A program made the translations under genes and the position numbers. Under the pieces are notes generated by a model. That model saw nothing but the letters and a program-made list of their open reading frames with translations, searched no databases and had not been told where the DNA came from. This document shows positions 35,991 through 46,528 of a DNA stretch of 64,000 bases, piece after piece (within the stretch, counting starts at the first letter, position 1; every line of letters begins with the position of its first letter). The stretch spans positions 19,330 to 83,329 of the forward strand of contig DATGYZ010000007.1 in NCBI GenBank assembly GCA_035297425.1, written 5' to 3'. Source of the DNA: Bacteroidales bacterium. GTDB taxonomy: Bacteria > Bacteroidota > Bacteroidia > Bacteroidales > VadinHA17.

Positions 35991-36119
35991 TCACATTCCG
36001 CATTGCTTCAGCAGAAAAAACAGAAGCAGGAATATAAGCACAGTCGAAATACACCCACCCCCGAGCTTTTTGGCACCATAACCTGCTATCAGGGCTCTGA
36101 AGAGATTATTCATTCTCAT
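35991..36119 (-). CDS. small hydrophobic protein (42 aa), below the ORF-track cutoff
   Basis: Hand translation of the minus strand gives MRMNNLFRALIAGYGAKKLGGGCISTVLIFLLLFFLLKQCGM-stop. One TM helix. The stop is 18 bp before the start of the SDR gene. Confidence 0.4.
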   Translation of the reverse strand: MRMNNLFRALIAGYGAKKLGGGCISTVLIFLLLFFLLKQCGM

Positions 36120-36233
36120 CTTTCCGTTGTTTTGGTTTGTATCAGATACAGTCAGCTTAAAATTAAACAAAATAAACCGGAACAGGGTTTTTAAAACACC
36201 GGAAATAATTAAATCACAGGATAATCCTTTTTC

Positions 36234-37736
36234 CTAATTCAGAAGATTGGGATTTACGTCCGTTTCAGTATTTGGCAATGGTAAAAAGTATTTTACCGGC
36301 CCAAGAGGCGGAAGCTCATCGGGGTCCTTTTTATTAACAACCTCAGTTACCATCTGCAATCTTACAAGGTCGAACCACCTGCAAAATTCACCAGCAAATT
36401 CCCATCCTTTCTCAGTGATTATTTCTCTTTGCGTGAGTGATGTTGCATCAATATTTACGTCAGGTAAATTTAAAGGCAGACCTGCACCTCTTCTTTTAAT
36501 CATATTGAACGCCTCAAGAGCAAGAGGATCTTTCGGGTTGCCAGTTGACATTACCTGTGCCTCTGCAAATATAAGGTAAGTTTCAGCAAGTCTTTCAAGT
36601 GGCAGGGATATGGCATTAAGTTGAGTAAGGGCATTACCCTGGAGCTTCTTATAGTACGGTCTTTTTGTCTGGAACAATGTATATGGAATTACTTCTCCTT
36701 TTGAGTTTAATCCTTTTGTCTGGAAGGTCACATTTTTCCTGTATCCTTCCGGAAACTCCCTGAAGAATGTCAGTTCACACATGTAGTCGTCCCATCCTCC
36801 TTCTTCACCAGGACGGGCAGCAATCCCCACCCATCCGTTTGCACTTGCCACGGCAGATCCCAGGAAATTCAAAGCAAATACCTCCTCTTTATTCCCGTCA
36901 TTATTTACGCCCGGACTAACCCACAGAGCTTTGAAATCGTCCATTAAACCAAGGCCATATATGGCTTCGTTGTCAATAACTTCTTTAGCCTTTGCTGCAG
37001 CGAGTGCATATTTTGAAACATCATTCAGCGGGTAACCTGTCATCTGCAGGTAAACTTCGGCAAGTACTGCTTTGACAGTACCCAGACAGACCCTGCCGGG
37101 TGCAGGTTTTTTATTCCCTGTCAGCATCTCTGCAGCCTTCAGGTCTGCAATTATCTGGTCATAAATTTCCCGTACTGATGAAGTATTGATATGTAATAAA
37201 GATTCATCGAATACATTGCTGTTAAGCACCAGAGGAGCATTTCCCCAAAGCCTTACAATCCAGAAATAATTATATGCTCTCAGGAAATATGCTTCCCCGG
37301 CAATCTGGTTAATAATTGCCTGGTTACCGGTAGCGCCTGTATAGCTGGAAATAATATTATTACATTGCTGTATTGATTTATATGCACCCTTCCAGATAAA
37401 AGGAAGCCGCTGATTTGTATTTGACACAACAAACTGATCAAACTCCCTGAAATCAGCCTTGTTACTTGCCTTGTGAGTAGTAAGATCATCACCTCCCATC
37501 AGGACTGCTGCAGTTGATGCATTGGCATATCCCTGGGTGAAAAACTGCCCCATGGGCTTATAAGCACCAGCCAGGGCAGCTGTAAGGCCGGTCTCATTGT
37601 TCAGGGCATTGCTTTCTGGTGTCAGCAATGTTGAAATATCTTCCCTGTAAAATCTCTCACAGGATGTTACTATTAGGAGAAAAGCCAGAAAAAAAACTCT
37701 TATAGTATAGGCTGGAATGGCCACGAATGGCTGCAT
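36234..37736 (-). CDS. SusD/RagB family nutrient-binding lipoprotein
   Basis: SusD-like length and motifs (YFLRAYNYFWIVRLWG, ERLAETYLIFAEA, GWEFAGEFCRWFDLVR). The ATG at 37736 gives a lipoprotein signal (FLLIVTSCE); the ORF-track TTG start at 37790 is less likely. Confidence 0.8.
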   Translation of the reverse strand: MQPFVAIPAYTIRVFFLAFLLIVTSCERFYREDISTLLTPESNALNNETGLTAALAGAYKPMGQFFTQGYANASTAAVLMGGDDLTTHKASNKADFREFDQFVVSNTNQRLPFIWKGAYKSIQQCNNIISSYTGATGNQAIINQIAGEAYFLRAYNYFWIVRLWGNAPLVLNSNVFDESLLHINTSSVREIYDQIIADLKAAEMLTGNKKPAPGRVCLGTVKAVLAEVYLQMTGYPLNDVSKYALAAAKAKEVIDNEAIYGLGLMDDFKALWVSPGVNNDGNKEEVFALNFLGSAVASANGWVGIAARPGEEGGWDDYMCELTFFREFPEGYRKNVTFQTKGLNSKGEVIPYTLFQTKRPYYKKLQGNALTQLNAISLPLERLAETYLIFAEAQVMSTGNPKDPLALEAFNMIKRRGAGLPLNLPDVNIDATSLTQREIITEKGWEFAGEFCRWFDLVRLQMVTEVVNKKDPDELPPLGPVKYFLPLPNTETDVNPNLLN

Positions 37737-37880
37737 CACGAAGTTACAAAGTCTGAATCGATTAGGTGCACAGGCCATAAAAACAGACAATTCTTATATT
37801 TCCAAAAGTTAGGAATATTCCATGGAAAGATGAAATATGAGGTATTATTTATTAAAAAATATTTCCGGGATCCCAGCCAT

Positions 37881-37912
37881 AAAAAAAGCTGCCGGAATGA
37901 TCCGGCAGCCCC
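37881..37912 (-). terminator. rho-independent terminator (minus strand) after the first susD
   Basis: aaaaaaa-gctgccgga-atga-tccggcagc on the plus strand gives a GC-rich hairpin plus U7 on the minus strand. Confidence 0.7.
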
Positions 37913-37947
37913 CAATAATCCCTAACTATACAACCCAACGAAAACTC

Positions 37948-39567
37948 TTACCATCCTGGTGTTGGCTCAAGATTAGGATTAACTGACCTCTGCTCGTAAG
38001 GAAAGGGAAGAAGGTTGTATTTATCTGACCAACCGCTGCCAGTTCCTGTACGTGTTCTTATATCCCATTCTGTTGTTCCAGGTTTGTATCCATAGAATGT
38101 ATACCAAGTTTTACCTTTGTCCCTAAGGGCAGTAGCTGCATCTCCCCAACGAACAAGGTCAAAAAATCTCTCATGCTCCTGCCACATCTCTGCACGTCTT
38201 TCATCTTTGATAGCCTGGTATGTCAGGCTTCCAAGAGGGGCAAGCTGAGCCCTGAGGCGAACCTGGTTAAGAGCCTGCAAACCTGTTCCGTCAAGGTCGC
38301 CATCCACAAGGAATTTTGCTTCCGCGTACATTAAAAGTACTTCGGGATAGCGCATGTAGTGATAGTTTGCTTTTGAATATTTGTAAGATCTCTGAATATC
38401 GGTGTAGCAGTCTGCTACATAATTTAATTGTCTTGCCCTGAAGTAACCTTCACATGCAGTGATGTTATTGAAAATTCCGGGAGGTGTTGAAGCGCCAGCA
38501 TATGACATGGCAAGGATCTGCTCATATGTTTTAATTGTCGACTTAAATCTCGGTTTTTCAATTCCTCCTTCATGTGCCGCAAGGAATCTTCCGAAATTAC
38601 CCGTTGGCGGATCCCATCCCCATGCAAGAGGATAAAGCTCACTTGGAACAGTCATATTTTCAGCCCTGAGGCCAAGCCATGTCTGCCTGATATCTGCCTG
38701 CTCAATTGAATAGCCGTTGGCATCTGCTGAGTTATGTTCGAAGACATATTCCTTGCTGAAATCAGCGGCAACACGGTCAATCTGGAACATATCTGTCAGC
38801 AAACCGTATAAATTGGAATTGATAACTGTCTTAAGTGGTTCAACAGCCTGTTTAAGAATCTCGGGGTCATTATACCTTGTGCCATACCATAGAGCAACTT
38901 TTCCTTTATAAGCCAGTGCAGCATGCTTCGAGATCCTTGCTCCGAAAGTTCTTTGCTGACCCATTCCTGATAGTGCTGGAAGAGCATCAGCTGCTTCCTG
39001 CATTCTTGCAAGACACCATTCAATTGTTGTCTTTGCATCTGTGTTCTTCAGCTTATATTCAGCTTCTGATTTCAGTACATGATCAACGAGAGGAGGAGTT
39101 CCAAACCATCTCACGAGCTCGAACATGCATAATGCCCTGAAAAAATTTGCCTCAGCTTTTACGCGATTGATTTTCTCATCAGTAGTGGCAGGGATTTTCT
39201 CAAGTATCAGATTGCAGTGATAGATCATCTGGTAACAGGTGTTATATTCAGTCTTGAGAGGAGATGCCATATCTGTAATGATAAGGTTGCTCGCTTCCTG
39301 GAAATTTGAACCCTGGTCTGAGAATGATGCTCCTCCGGCATAATGATCATCACTTAACATATCGAGGAACAGGATCTGTGATACTCCATTCAAATTACTG
39401 TAGTATATATCATATACAGAAGCTATGAGGGATTCAGCTTCTTTAGCAGTTGCCTTGGCGTAGTAAGAATCTACGGAAAGAGCACTTTTCTGTTCAATGT
39501 CCAGGAGGTCCTGGTCGCATGATGCGATTAAGAACATTAACAGAAACGCTGATAAATATTTTTTCAT
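37948..39567 (-). CDS. SusD/RagB family nutrient-binding lipoprotein
   Basis: Lipobox (LIASCDQ). SusD motifs (FFRALCMFELVRWFG, PEVLLMYAEA, ERFFDLVRWG). Lies 18 bp downstream of susC. Confidence 0.85.
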   Translation of the reverse strand: MKKYLSAFLLMFLIASCDQDLLDIEQKSALSVDSYYAKATAKEAESLIASVYDIYYSNLNGVSQILFLDMLSDDHYAGGASFSDQGSNFQEASNLIITDMASPLKTEYNTCYQMIYHCNLILEKIPATTDEKINRVKAEANFFRALCMFELVRWFGTPPLVDHVLKSEAEYKLKNTDAKTTIEWCLARMQEAADALPALSGMGQQRTFGARISKHAALAYKGKVALWYGTRYNDPEILKQAVEPLKTVINSNLYGLLTDMFQIDRVAADFSKEYVFEHNSADANGYSIEQADIRQTWLGLRAENMTVPSELYPLAWGWDPPTGNFGRFLAAHEGGIEKPRFKSTIKTYEQILAMSYAGASTPPGIFNNITACEGYFRARQLNYVADCYTDIQRSYKYSKANYHYMRYPEVLLMYAEAKFLVDGDLDGTGLQALNQVRLRAQLAPLGSLTYQAIKDERRAEMWQEHERFFDLVRWGDAATALRDKGKTWYTFYGYKPGTTEWDIRTRTGTGSGWSDKYNLLPFPYEQRSVNPNLEPTPGW

Positions 39568-39585
39568 AACTAAATTTTTTAAGAA

Positions 39586-42500
39586 TTAGAATGTAACATT
39601 TACACCGAAGACCAGCTTCCTTGAAATCGGGTAGTTTGCAGCATCGATTGCAAGGTTTTGTGTTGTTGCTGAAGTTGACGTAACAGAGTTAGTTTCAGGG
39701 TCAAGGCCGGGGTACTTGGTGAATGTAAACCAGTCATCGAATGAAACATAAGCTCTCAATTCAGACATCATTACTTTTCTCAGCAGTGATTTTGGTAAAG
39801 TGTAGCCAAACTGAATCTGTTTGATCTTAAGGAATGATGCATTGAAGATCATGGCCGTAGATGCCCTGTAATAGGTATCTGTGTAGTCGGGTTTCGGGTA
39901 TTTTGCATTCGGATTGTCCGGTGTCCACATGTTCTCATAAAACTCAAGGAGGGTATTCTGCTGCGGGAAATCACCACGGTTCAGTGCATAAAGCTTTTCA
40001 TTTCCTCCAACCCCTGTACCGTATGCTGTAAAGTCGAAGTTTTTGTATGCAAGATTCAGTGTAAGTCCATAGGTATAATCCGGAATTGCACTTCCAGTAT
40101 AAGTCTGGTCAGCAGCATTTATTGCAGGATTGTCATCCAGGTTCTTATAAACAGCTTTACCGGTATCCTTGTCAATATAATCAAGTACAAAGGTGCGAAG
40201 ATACCAGAGCGGGTAACCCTGTTCAAAATATGTAACCGGATAGGACTGGAAGATTGAGGCACCGGTTACACGGTCTTTAGATGTACCTTCAGTTACTTCA
40301 TTATGCAATGTGGCAAAGTTTGCATTGATGCTGTATTTGAAATCTCTAATCTCATCTCTCCATCCAACTGTAAATTCCATTCCCCTGTTAAGCACCTTAC
40401 CCGCATTTACATATACTGTTGAAGCTCCTGTAAGACCTGAAGCAGCAGTGCTTGTGAGAAGGTCAAAAGTATTTTTATTATACCACTCGATACCAAGATC
40501 CAGGCGGTCATTCAGAAAACGTGAGTCAAGAGCGATATTGAATTGGCGGGTTGTTTCCCATTTTATTTCAGGGTTTGGAAGCCTGCTTGAAGGTACTGTA
40601 CCCGTCAGCTGCCCTGAACCGCTTCCGAAATCATAACCGGAACTGATGCTCGAGCTAAGTGTCGTGTTGTACTGGTAACTTCCTAACGCATTAACGTTAC
40701 CGTTTATTCCGTATGAACTGCGAAGTTTGAGGTATGATAATTTGATAAGATCCTTAATTCCGTTCATAAAAGGTTCGCTGCTCAATGTCCATCCGGCAGA
40801 TATTGATGGAAAATAACCCCAGCGATGATTCTTGTCAAGCTTTGATGTATCATAAGCATCAGCACGGAAACTAGCCTGGAGGTTATATTTGTTCATATAG
40901 CTCCAGCCAAGTCGTCCATAATATGACATGTTTGTGCTGTATGTTGGTATACCGCTAATTGTCATACCGGTTGAATTGACAGCATTCGAAAGATACCTGT
41001 AATTTGGAGCCATGTTCGAAAGAAGATCTGCATTGCCCTGCACAAAATCATTTGAATCATACTGATATGACATACCTGCCATTGAAGTAAAACTGTGGCT
41101 GCCAAGGGTAAATAAATAATTCGCAAAGTTCTCCCACTGGTAATACATACGGTTTGCTGAACGGGCATTTATCGACATCTTCTGGTTGGCTGTTGTATTG
41201 ATATACATGGGATAGTTATATGTAGCACTTTGCGTATAGCCAGCGCGGTACCCAAGCCTCGAAGTGAATGTCAGACCTTTTAATGGGGTGATGTTGGCAA
41301 ATGCAGTTCCCATGAGGTTAAAAGCGCTGGTCTTGCTGTCTGCCCTGTCACGCATTGTTGCAGGGTGCCAGATACCGCTGTTTCCTGCAAATATTGAAGT
41401 ACCATATACATTACCTGTAACCGGATCAGTAGGCATTACGTTCCCCTGGGCAATCCATGTCTTTACTCTGGCCGGCTCTTCACCCGGCAGGTATGACCAT
41501 GGGGTAATTGGATCATAGAGTAATATTGAACCCATTGTACTGATTCCGGTGCTTGCTCCTTCCGAGATACTTTTTGATTCATTCTTGTCTATAGAAGTTG
41601 TGATTCCGACAGAAACCCAGTCTTTTACCTTATAATCGGCATTTATCTGGCCTGACAAGCGTTTGTAGCTGTCCTTGTCGCCGGTAATTATACCATCATC
41701 ATTGGTAGTGTTGATTGAAACAAAAAAGTTTCCCCTGTCGTTACCTCCCTGGAATCCTAATGTATGCTTCTGGAGAGCTCCTGTTTCAAACATCCGGTCA
41801 GCCCAATAGGTATCAGTAACACCATCGTATTGAAAGTCTTCAGGCTTACATGCCCCGGATAATACCTGCCAGTCCATGTACTGCTGGGCATTCAGCATCT
41901 TTGGCATATTTGCAGCATTTGTAAACGACTGCTGGAAGTTGTAGAATACGGATCCCTGGCCTTTGTTACCGCTCTTTGTAGTAATAAGGATTACACCATT
42001 CCCTGCCTCTATTCCATATATAGCAGCTGAAGCACCATCCTTCAATATCTCAATGGATTCAATATTCGAAGGATCCAGATAATTCATATCAGGCACTTTC
42101 AGACCATCAACAATAACAAGAGGGTTTGTTCTTGAGTTTGAAGAATAACCTCGTATCTGGATGGATGCAGTTGAACCGGGTGCTCCAGTGCTGTTGACGA
42201 TCTGCACTCCAGCTGCTTTTCCCTGTAAAGCACGTGCAGCATCTGTCACGGTAAGATTCTTGATATCCTCACTTTTTACGGAAGCTATGGAGCCAGTTAT
42301 ATCTCTTTTCTTTGCCACACCGTAACCCACTACGAGAACCTCGTCGAGACTTTCAAGCGCTGGCTCCAATGAAACATCAATAGTCGACCTGTTCCCAACA
42401 GTGACATTCATTTCGTTATACCCGATAAAGGAGAAAACAAGAACTGAGTTTTCACCAGGCACAGTTATTGAATATTTTCCGTTAATATCAGTAATTATAC

Positions 42501-42729
42501 CTGTGGTAGTTCCCTGGAGCTGTATATTGACACCGGGCATGGGATTTCCATTCTCATCCTTTACTGTACCTGTAACAGCCTTTTGTTGCTGTTCATTCAT
42601 AGTATTTTCAGGATTGGCAGCATACAATTTATCAATTCCGGCAAACAGAAGAATATAGGAAAAGATAAAACCAGTGAGAATGATTTTTGTATGACGTTTT
42701 AAATCATCTTTGATTTTAGAATTTTTCAT
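39586..42729 (-). CDS. SusC/RagA family TonB-linked outer-membrane transporter
   Basis: CarboxypepD_reg-like N-domain (VTGTVKDENGNPMPGVNIQLQG...GKYSI), plug (DEVLVVGYG), a roughly 1000-aa barrel, and a terminal F. Confidence 0.9.
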   Translation of the reverse strand: MKNSKIKDDLKRHTKIILTGFIFSYILLFAGIDKLYAANPENTMNEQQQKAVTGTVKDENGNPMPGVNIQLQGTTTGIITDINGKYSITVPGENSVLVFSFIGYNEMNVTVGNRSTIDVSLEPALESLDEVLVVGYGVAKKRDITGSIASVKSEDIKNLTVTDAARALQGKAAGVQIVNSTGAPGSTASIQIRGYSSNSRTNPLVIVDGLKVPDMNYLDPSNIESIEILKDGASAAIYGIEAGNGVILITTKSGNKGQGSVFYNFQQSFTNAANMPKMLNAQQYMDWQVLSGACKPEDFQYDGVTDTYWADRMFETGALQKHTLGFQGGNDRGNFFVSINTTNDDGIITGDKDSYKRLSGQINADYKVKDWVSVGITTSIDKNESKSISEGASTGISTMGSILLYDPITPWSYLPGEEPARVKTWIAQGNVMPTDPVTGNVYGTSIFAGNSGIWHPATMRDRADSKTSAFNLMGTAFANITPLKGLTFTSRLGYRAGYTQSATYNYPMYINTTANQKMSINARSANRMYYQWENFANYLFTLGSHSFTSMAGMSYQYDSNDFVQGNADLLSNMAPNYRYLSNAVNSTGMTISGIPTYSTNMSYYGRLGWSYMNKYNLQASFRADAYDTSKLDKNHRWGYFPSISAGWTLSSEPFMNGIKDLIKLSYLKLRSSYGINGNVNALGSYQYNTTLSSSISSGYDFGSGSGQLTGTVPSSRLPNPEIKWETTRQFNIALDSRFLNDRLDLGIEWYNKNTFDLLTSTAASGLTGASTVYVNAGKVLNRGMEFTVGWRDEIRDFKYSINANFATLHNEVTEGTSKDRVTGASIFQSYPVTYFEQGYPLWYLRTFVLDYIDKDTGKAVYKNLDDNPAINAADQTYTGSAIPDYTYGLTLNLAYKNFDFTAYGTGVGGNEKLYALNRGDFPQQNTLLEFYENMWTPDNPNAKYPKPDYTDTYYRASTAMIFNASFLKIKQIQFGYTLPKSLLRKVMMSELRAYVSFDDWFTFTKYPGLDPETNSVTSTSATTQNLAIDAANYPISRKLVFGVNVTF

Positions 42730-43063
42730 GGTTCTTTGGTTAGATTAGTAATTAATTCGATTCTGCTGACAGGATCTTTTTGTTTAAGAGGTGTCTGAGT
42801 TATTCATAATCGATCAGGTTTTGAGTTTAGAAATCAGGGATATTCTCTGGATTCGTATATGTAAATCCTCAATTAATCAAATGTTGAGGATTACTTCAAT
42901 CGTAATACGGTTGAAGAATAATCATCTCATGAGATATTTTGTTGTATTCAGGAAAAAGGGAGGTATCTGCTTCATTTTACAGGAGCCTGCAAAATGAATA
43001 ACACAGGCAATGAAAACAAAGTCATTGTTAATTAATTAACAATCAAATTCTTTTGAATAAGTA

Positions 43064-46000
43064 TCAGAAGCTTATTGTCAGGCCAAAGGTCCAGGTTCGT
43101 GCATTGGGGTATGCACCACCATCGCCTCCCTTCAGGTCGCCTGAACCGACATTTGAGTATGTTTCAGGATCAAGACCCTTGTATTTTGTAAAAGTCAGGA
43201 GATTCTGGGCACTTATTGAAGCCATTATGCTGCCGGCTTTAAAAGTTTTCTCAGGAAGCAAATATTGAAGGCTGATGTTCTTCATCCTGATATAATTTCC
43301 GCTCTCCACATATTCTGACGATTGCATCCTGGGAACATTTGTCTTGCTGAAAGCTGCAACTCTTGACATGGTATTATCCGGAGACCACCTGTTCAGTATA
43401 TCCTTGTGTGTGTATTCACGAGCATCAGCAGAAGCTATCATGGTTTGAGCATAGGCAAAATTCCATTTTTCATAGCCAAGCATTGATTGAAAGAACGCGT
43501 TCAGGGTAAAATTTTTATATTTTAATGTATTATTAACACCTATTACAAACCGGGGGATACCCGAACCGATAATCTGGAAATCCTCACCGGTAAATGCATA
43601 ATCACCGTTAATATCCTCATACCTGTAATCTCCAGGTTGCTGCTTATACATTGCTGCAAGTTCAGCATCCTCCTCCTGCCATATGCCAAGAGACCTGAAG
43701 CCATAATATGTTGAAATGCTGTAACCGGGCTTAAGGATCATTTCGGGGGCAGTGATAATCCCGGCGCCGGCTCCTCCAGTCTGCAGGATGCATGGCTTTC
43801 CTCCAAGGTCAAGAACTTCATTTTTTAAAGAAGAAAAATTAAAATTAATGTCCCATGAAATATCATGGTTGTTAATGATCTCAGAATTAAGAGTTAGCTC
43901 AACCCCTGAATTCCTCACTGACCCGACATTCCTGAAGATACTGCCTCCTCCCACGTATCCCGGAAGCGGCTCGTTCAACAGAATATCTTTTGTAACTTTA
44001 TAGAAATAGTCGAGTTCGACAGTAAAACGGTCCTTCAGGAAACCAATATCAAGCCCTATATTGGATTGTGTTGTAGTTTCCCATTTCAGGTTTTCATTAC
44101 CCGGATTCCCGATGTTTATCCCAGGAGTGAGTGTACCATTCTGCCATGATACAGATGTCTCATTTGGCTGTGTATTATACGTTGTTACAGTTCCATATAC
44201 ATCGACTGCCTGGCTGCCTGTCTGTCCCCAGCTACCTCTTAGCTTGAGGTTGGTCAAAAAAGAATTCCCCTTCAGGAAATTTTCTTCTGAGATCCGCCAT
44301 CCAAGTCCAATCGAAGGAAATAAACCACGCTGATTTATTCCCCTGAATTTGGATGACCGGTCACTTCGTATTGAAGCAGTAACCAGGTACTTGTTCATCA
44401 GGGTGTAATTAAGCCTGCCTATGTATGATCCGATCGTTGATTTCCTGAAATAGTCAAAAAGAGAATATGTCCGGGCCAGGTTAAGGTTATAATATTTCAG
44501 TGATGGAAACAGGAGATTTGTTGCGGTTGCTGAAAAATAATCATTTTGCTGCAACTGGTATTCTGCGACTCCTGTCAGGGTTATTGCATTATTGTTGATT
44601 TCTTTAGTATAGGTGATCATATTTGTGTTCTGGAGAAAAACAGATTCTCCCAGGGAACGTGAAGCGGAGGGTGCATTTGCCAGTAAGCGCTGGTTGAACC
44701 TTTTTGTCTGATTATTATTATAATTTACACCGGCACCCAGATCTATCTTCAGACCAGGTAATAAATCGTACCTGAAGCTGGCGTTTGTAATAAAGGCATT
44801 GGATTCATTTATGTCATCGTTTGTTGCAAGTTCGACAGGGTTCGATTTTGTCGAGCTTACCGGGTCAAGCACTGTGAGCTTTCCGTTTTGATCATATGCA
44901 GGTGTTGTCGGGGACCATGCTGTTGCACCGGCCACAATACTGCTTGTGGTGAAATTGCCTATTGTATTGTTATTTTCTCTTCTTGAAAAATTAATTTTCA
45001 GTGAACCGGTAAGCTTGCCTGATAGTCTCGCTTCAAGATTGGCCCTGAGCGAATATCTTTTGAAGTATGAATTGATCAATATTCCTCCCTGGTCGAGGTA
45101 ATTGGCAGAAATAAAGAAGTTTACAATCTGGCTGCCACCCGAATAATCCAGCTGGATCTCTTCTCCCGGTGCTCTGCGATAAATAAGATCCTGCCAGTCG
45201 GTGCCTCCGTCTGTCTTAAAACCTGCAATCTGGGCATCTGAAAATGGCCGGGGGTATTCCAGTGCATCGGCTCTAGCATTACTTACAAGAGCAAATTCTT
45301 CGGCATTTAGCAGTGGCCACAACCTGACAGGGCTACTGGTAAAATACCTGCCGGAGAAAGACAGTCTGGGAGTACCTTCAACACCTCTTTTTGTCGTGAT
45401 CAGTATGACGCCGTTTGCTCCCCTGCTTCCGTAAATGGCTGTGGACGAAGCATCTTTTAATATCTGGATACTTTCAATATCAGTAGGATTAACATCTGCC
45501 ATATTCCCTCCGACAAAGCCATCTATAACATACAACGGATCATTATTACCGGTGATAGAGTTAGCTCCGCGTATTCTTATCGATGTAATTCCACCCGGTG
45601 CTCCTGAAACATTCGTTACATTTACGCCTGCTGAACGACCCTGGAGTATTTCATCAACACGGGAGACAGGCTGAGCTTTATATTCATCATCTCTTACTGC
45701 AATTATCGCTCCAGTGAGGTCAGACTTCCTGATTGTGCCATAACCGACAACCACAACTTCCTCAAGGTTAGATATGCCAAGCTTCATTACCAAATTTATA
45801 GGACCTTTACCGTCAGCAACTATCCGTTGTTGGGTATATCCTATAAAAGAAAAGAGCAATACCGGGTTTTTACTGTTTACAAGGATTGAGAAACGGCCGT
45901 CCTCATCTGTATTTGTGCCTTCTTTGGTACCTTCCAGATGAATATTAACGCCCGGCATGGGGATGCCAAGTTCGTCAACAACGTACCCGAAAAGGGATAG

Positions 46001-46321
46001 CTGGTTAAGCCTTGAAAGCAGGTTCCCGGGCGAAAGAATTATCTTGTCATCTATTATTGTAAATCTAATTTCAGAATTATCGAATAGCCCGTGTAGAACA
46101 GTGCTAACATCCTGGTTTTCAGCAGACAATGTTATACTTTGCCTTGTTTCAATTAATTTTTCATTAAAAAGGAAGAAATAACCGGTTTCCTTTTCTATGG
46201 CATCCATTATTTCAAGAAGTGGCGCGTTCTCAAATGACAATGTAACCCTCTGCTTCTGCGCTAACAGATTATAAGTCAGTGAGCTAACCAGGATCAATAC
46301 TATCAATAATTTTTTATACAC
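43064..46321 (-). CDS. SusC-type TonB-dependent transducer with N-terminal STN signalling domain
   Basis: GTG start. STN-like segment (VTLSFENAPLLEIMDAIEKETGYFFLFNEKL) ahead of the CarboxypepD_reg and plug domains. Terminal F. Confidence 0.85.
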   Translation of the reverse strand: MYKKLLIVLILVSSLTYNLLAQKQRVTLSFENAPLLEIMDAIEKETGYFFLFNEKLIETRQSITLSAENQDVSTVLHGLFDNSEIRFTIIDDKIILSPGNLLSRLNQLSLFGYVVDELGIPMPGVNIHLEGTKEGTNTDEDGRFSILVNSKNPVLLFSFIGYTQQRIVADGKGPINLVMKLGISNLEEVVVVGYGTIRKSDLTGAIIAVRDDEYKAQPVSRVDEILQGRSAGVNVTNVSGAPGGITSIRIRGANSITGNNDPLYVIDGFVGGNMADVNPTDIESIQILKDASSTAIYGSRGANGVILITTKRGVEGTPRLSFSGRYFTSSPVRLWPLLNAEEFALVSNARADALEYPRPFSDAQIAGFKTDGGTDWQDLIYRRAPGEEIQLDYSGGSQIVNFFISANYLDQGGILINSYFKRYSLRANLEARLSGKLTGSLKINFSRRENNNTIGNFTTSSIVAGATAWSPTTPAYDQNGKLTVLDPVSSTKSNPVELATNDDINESNAFITNASFRYDLLPGLKIDLGAGVNYNNNQTKRFNQRLLANAPSASRSLGESVFLQNTNMITYTKEINNNAITLTGVAEYQLQQNDYFSATATNLLFPSLKYYNLNLARTYSLFDYFRKSTIGSYIGRLNYTLMNKYLVTASIRSDRSSKFRGINQRGLFPSIGLGWRISEENFLKGNSFLTNLKLRGSWGQTGSQAVDVYGTVTTYNTQPNETSVSWQNGTLTPGINIGNPGNENLKWETTTQSNIGLDIGFLKDRFTVELDYFYKVTKDILLNEPLPGYVGGGSIFRNVGSVRNSGVELTLNSEIINNHDISWDINFNFSSLKNEVLDLGGKPCILQTGGAGAGIITAPEMILKPGYSISTYYGFRSLGIWQEEDAELAAMYKQQPGDYRYEDINGDYAFTGEDFQIIGSGIPRFVIGVNNTLKYKNFTLNAFFQSMLGYEKWNFAYAQTMIASADAREYTHKDILNRWSPDNTMSRVAAFSKTNVPRMQSSEYVESGNYIRMKNISLQYLLPEKTFKAGSIMASISAQNLLTFTKYKGLDPETYSNVGSGDLKGGDGGAYPNARTWTFGLTISF

Positions 46322-46528
46322 TAACTAAACCTTGGAAAACTTTATGGTCTGATAAATTGTGGATAGAGGCATTAATACTTCAAACATTGTTTTCGAATAT
46401 ACTCTCAATGATTGAAATAATTAAATTTTTTTAACACAATTATTCAAATAAGCCCAGGAAGCAGCATGATTTTATTTGATAATCTGGAGAGAATAAAGCA
46501 GGAAACAGATCAATTTGCAGAAATACAA

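Noticed and set aside
36003-36194. 63-aa plus-strand ORF in the SDR/susD intergenic region
   Set aside because: It has no protein-like features and points against the flanking genes. The minus-strand 42-aa membrane-peptide ORF explains the region better.
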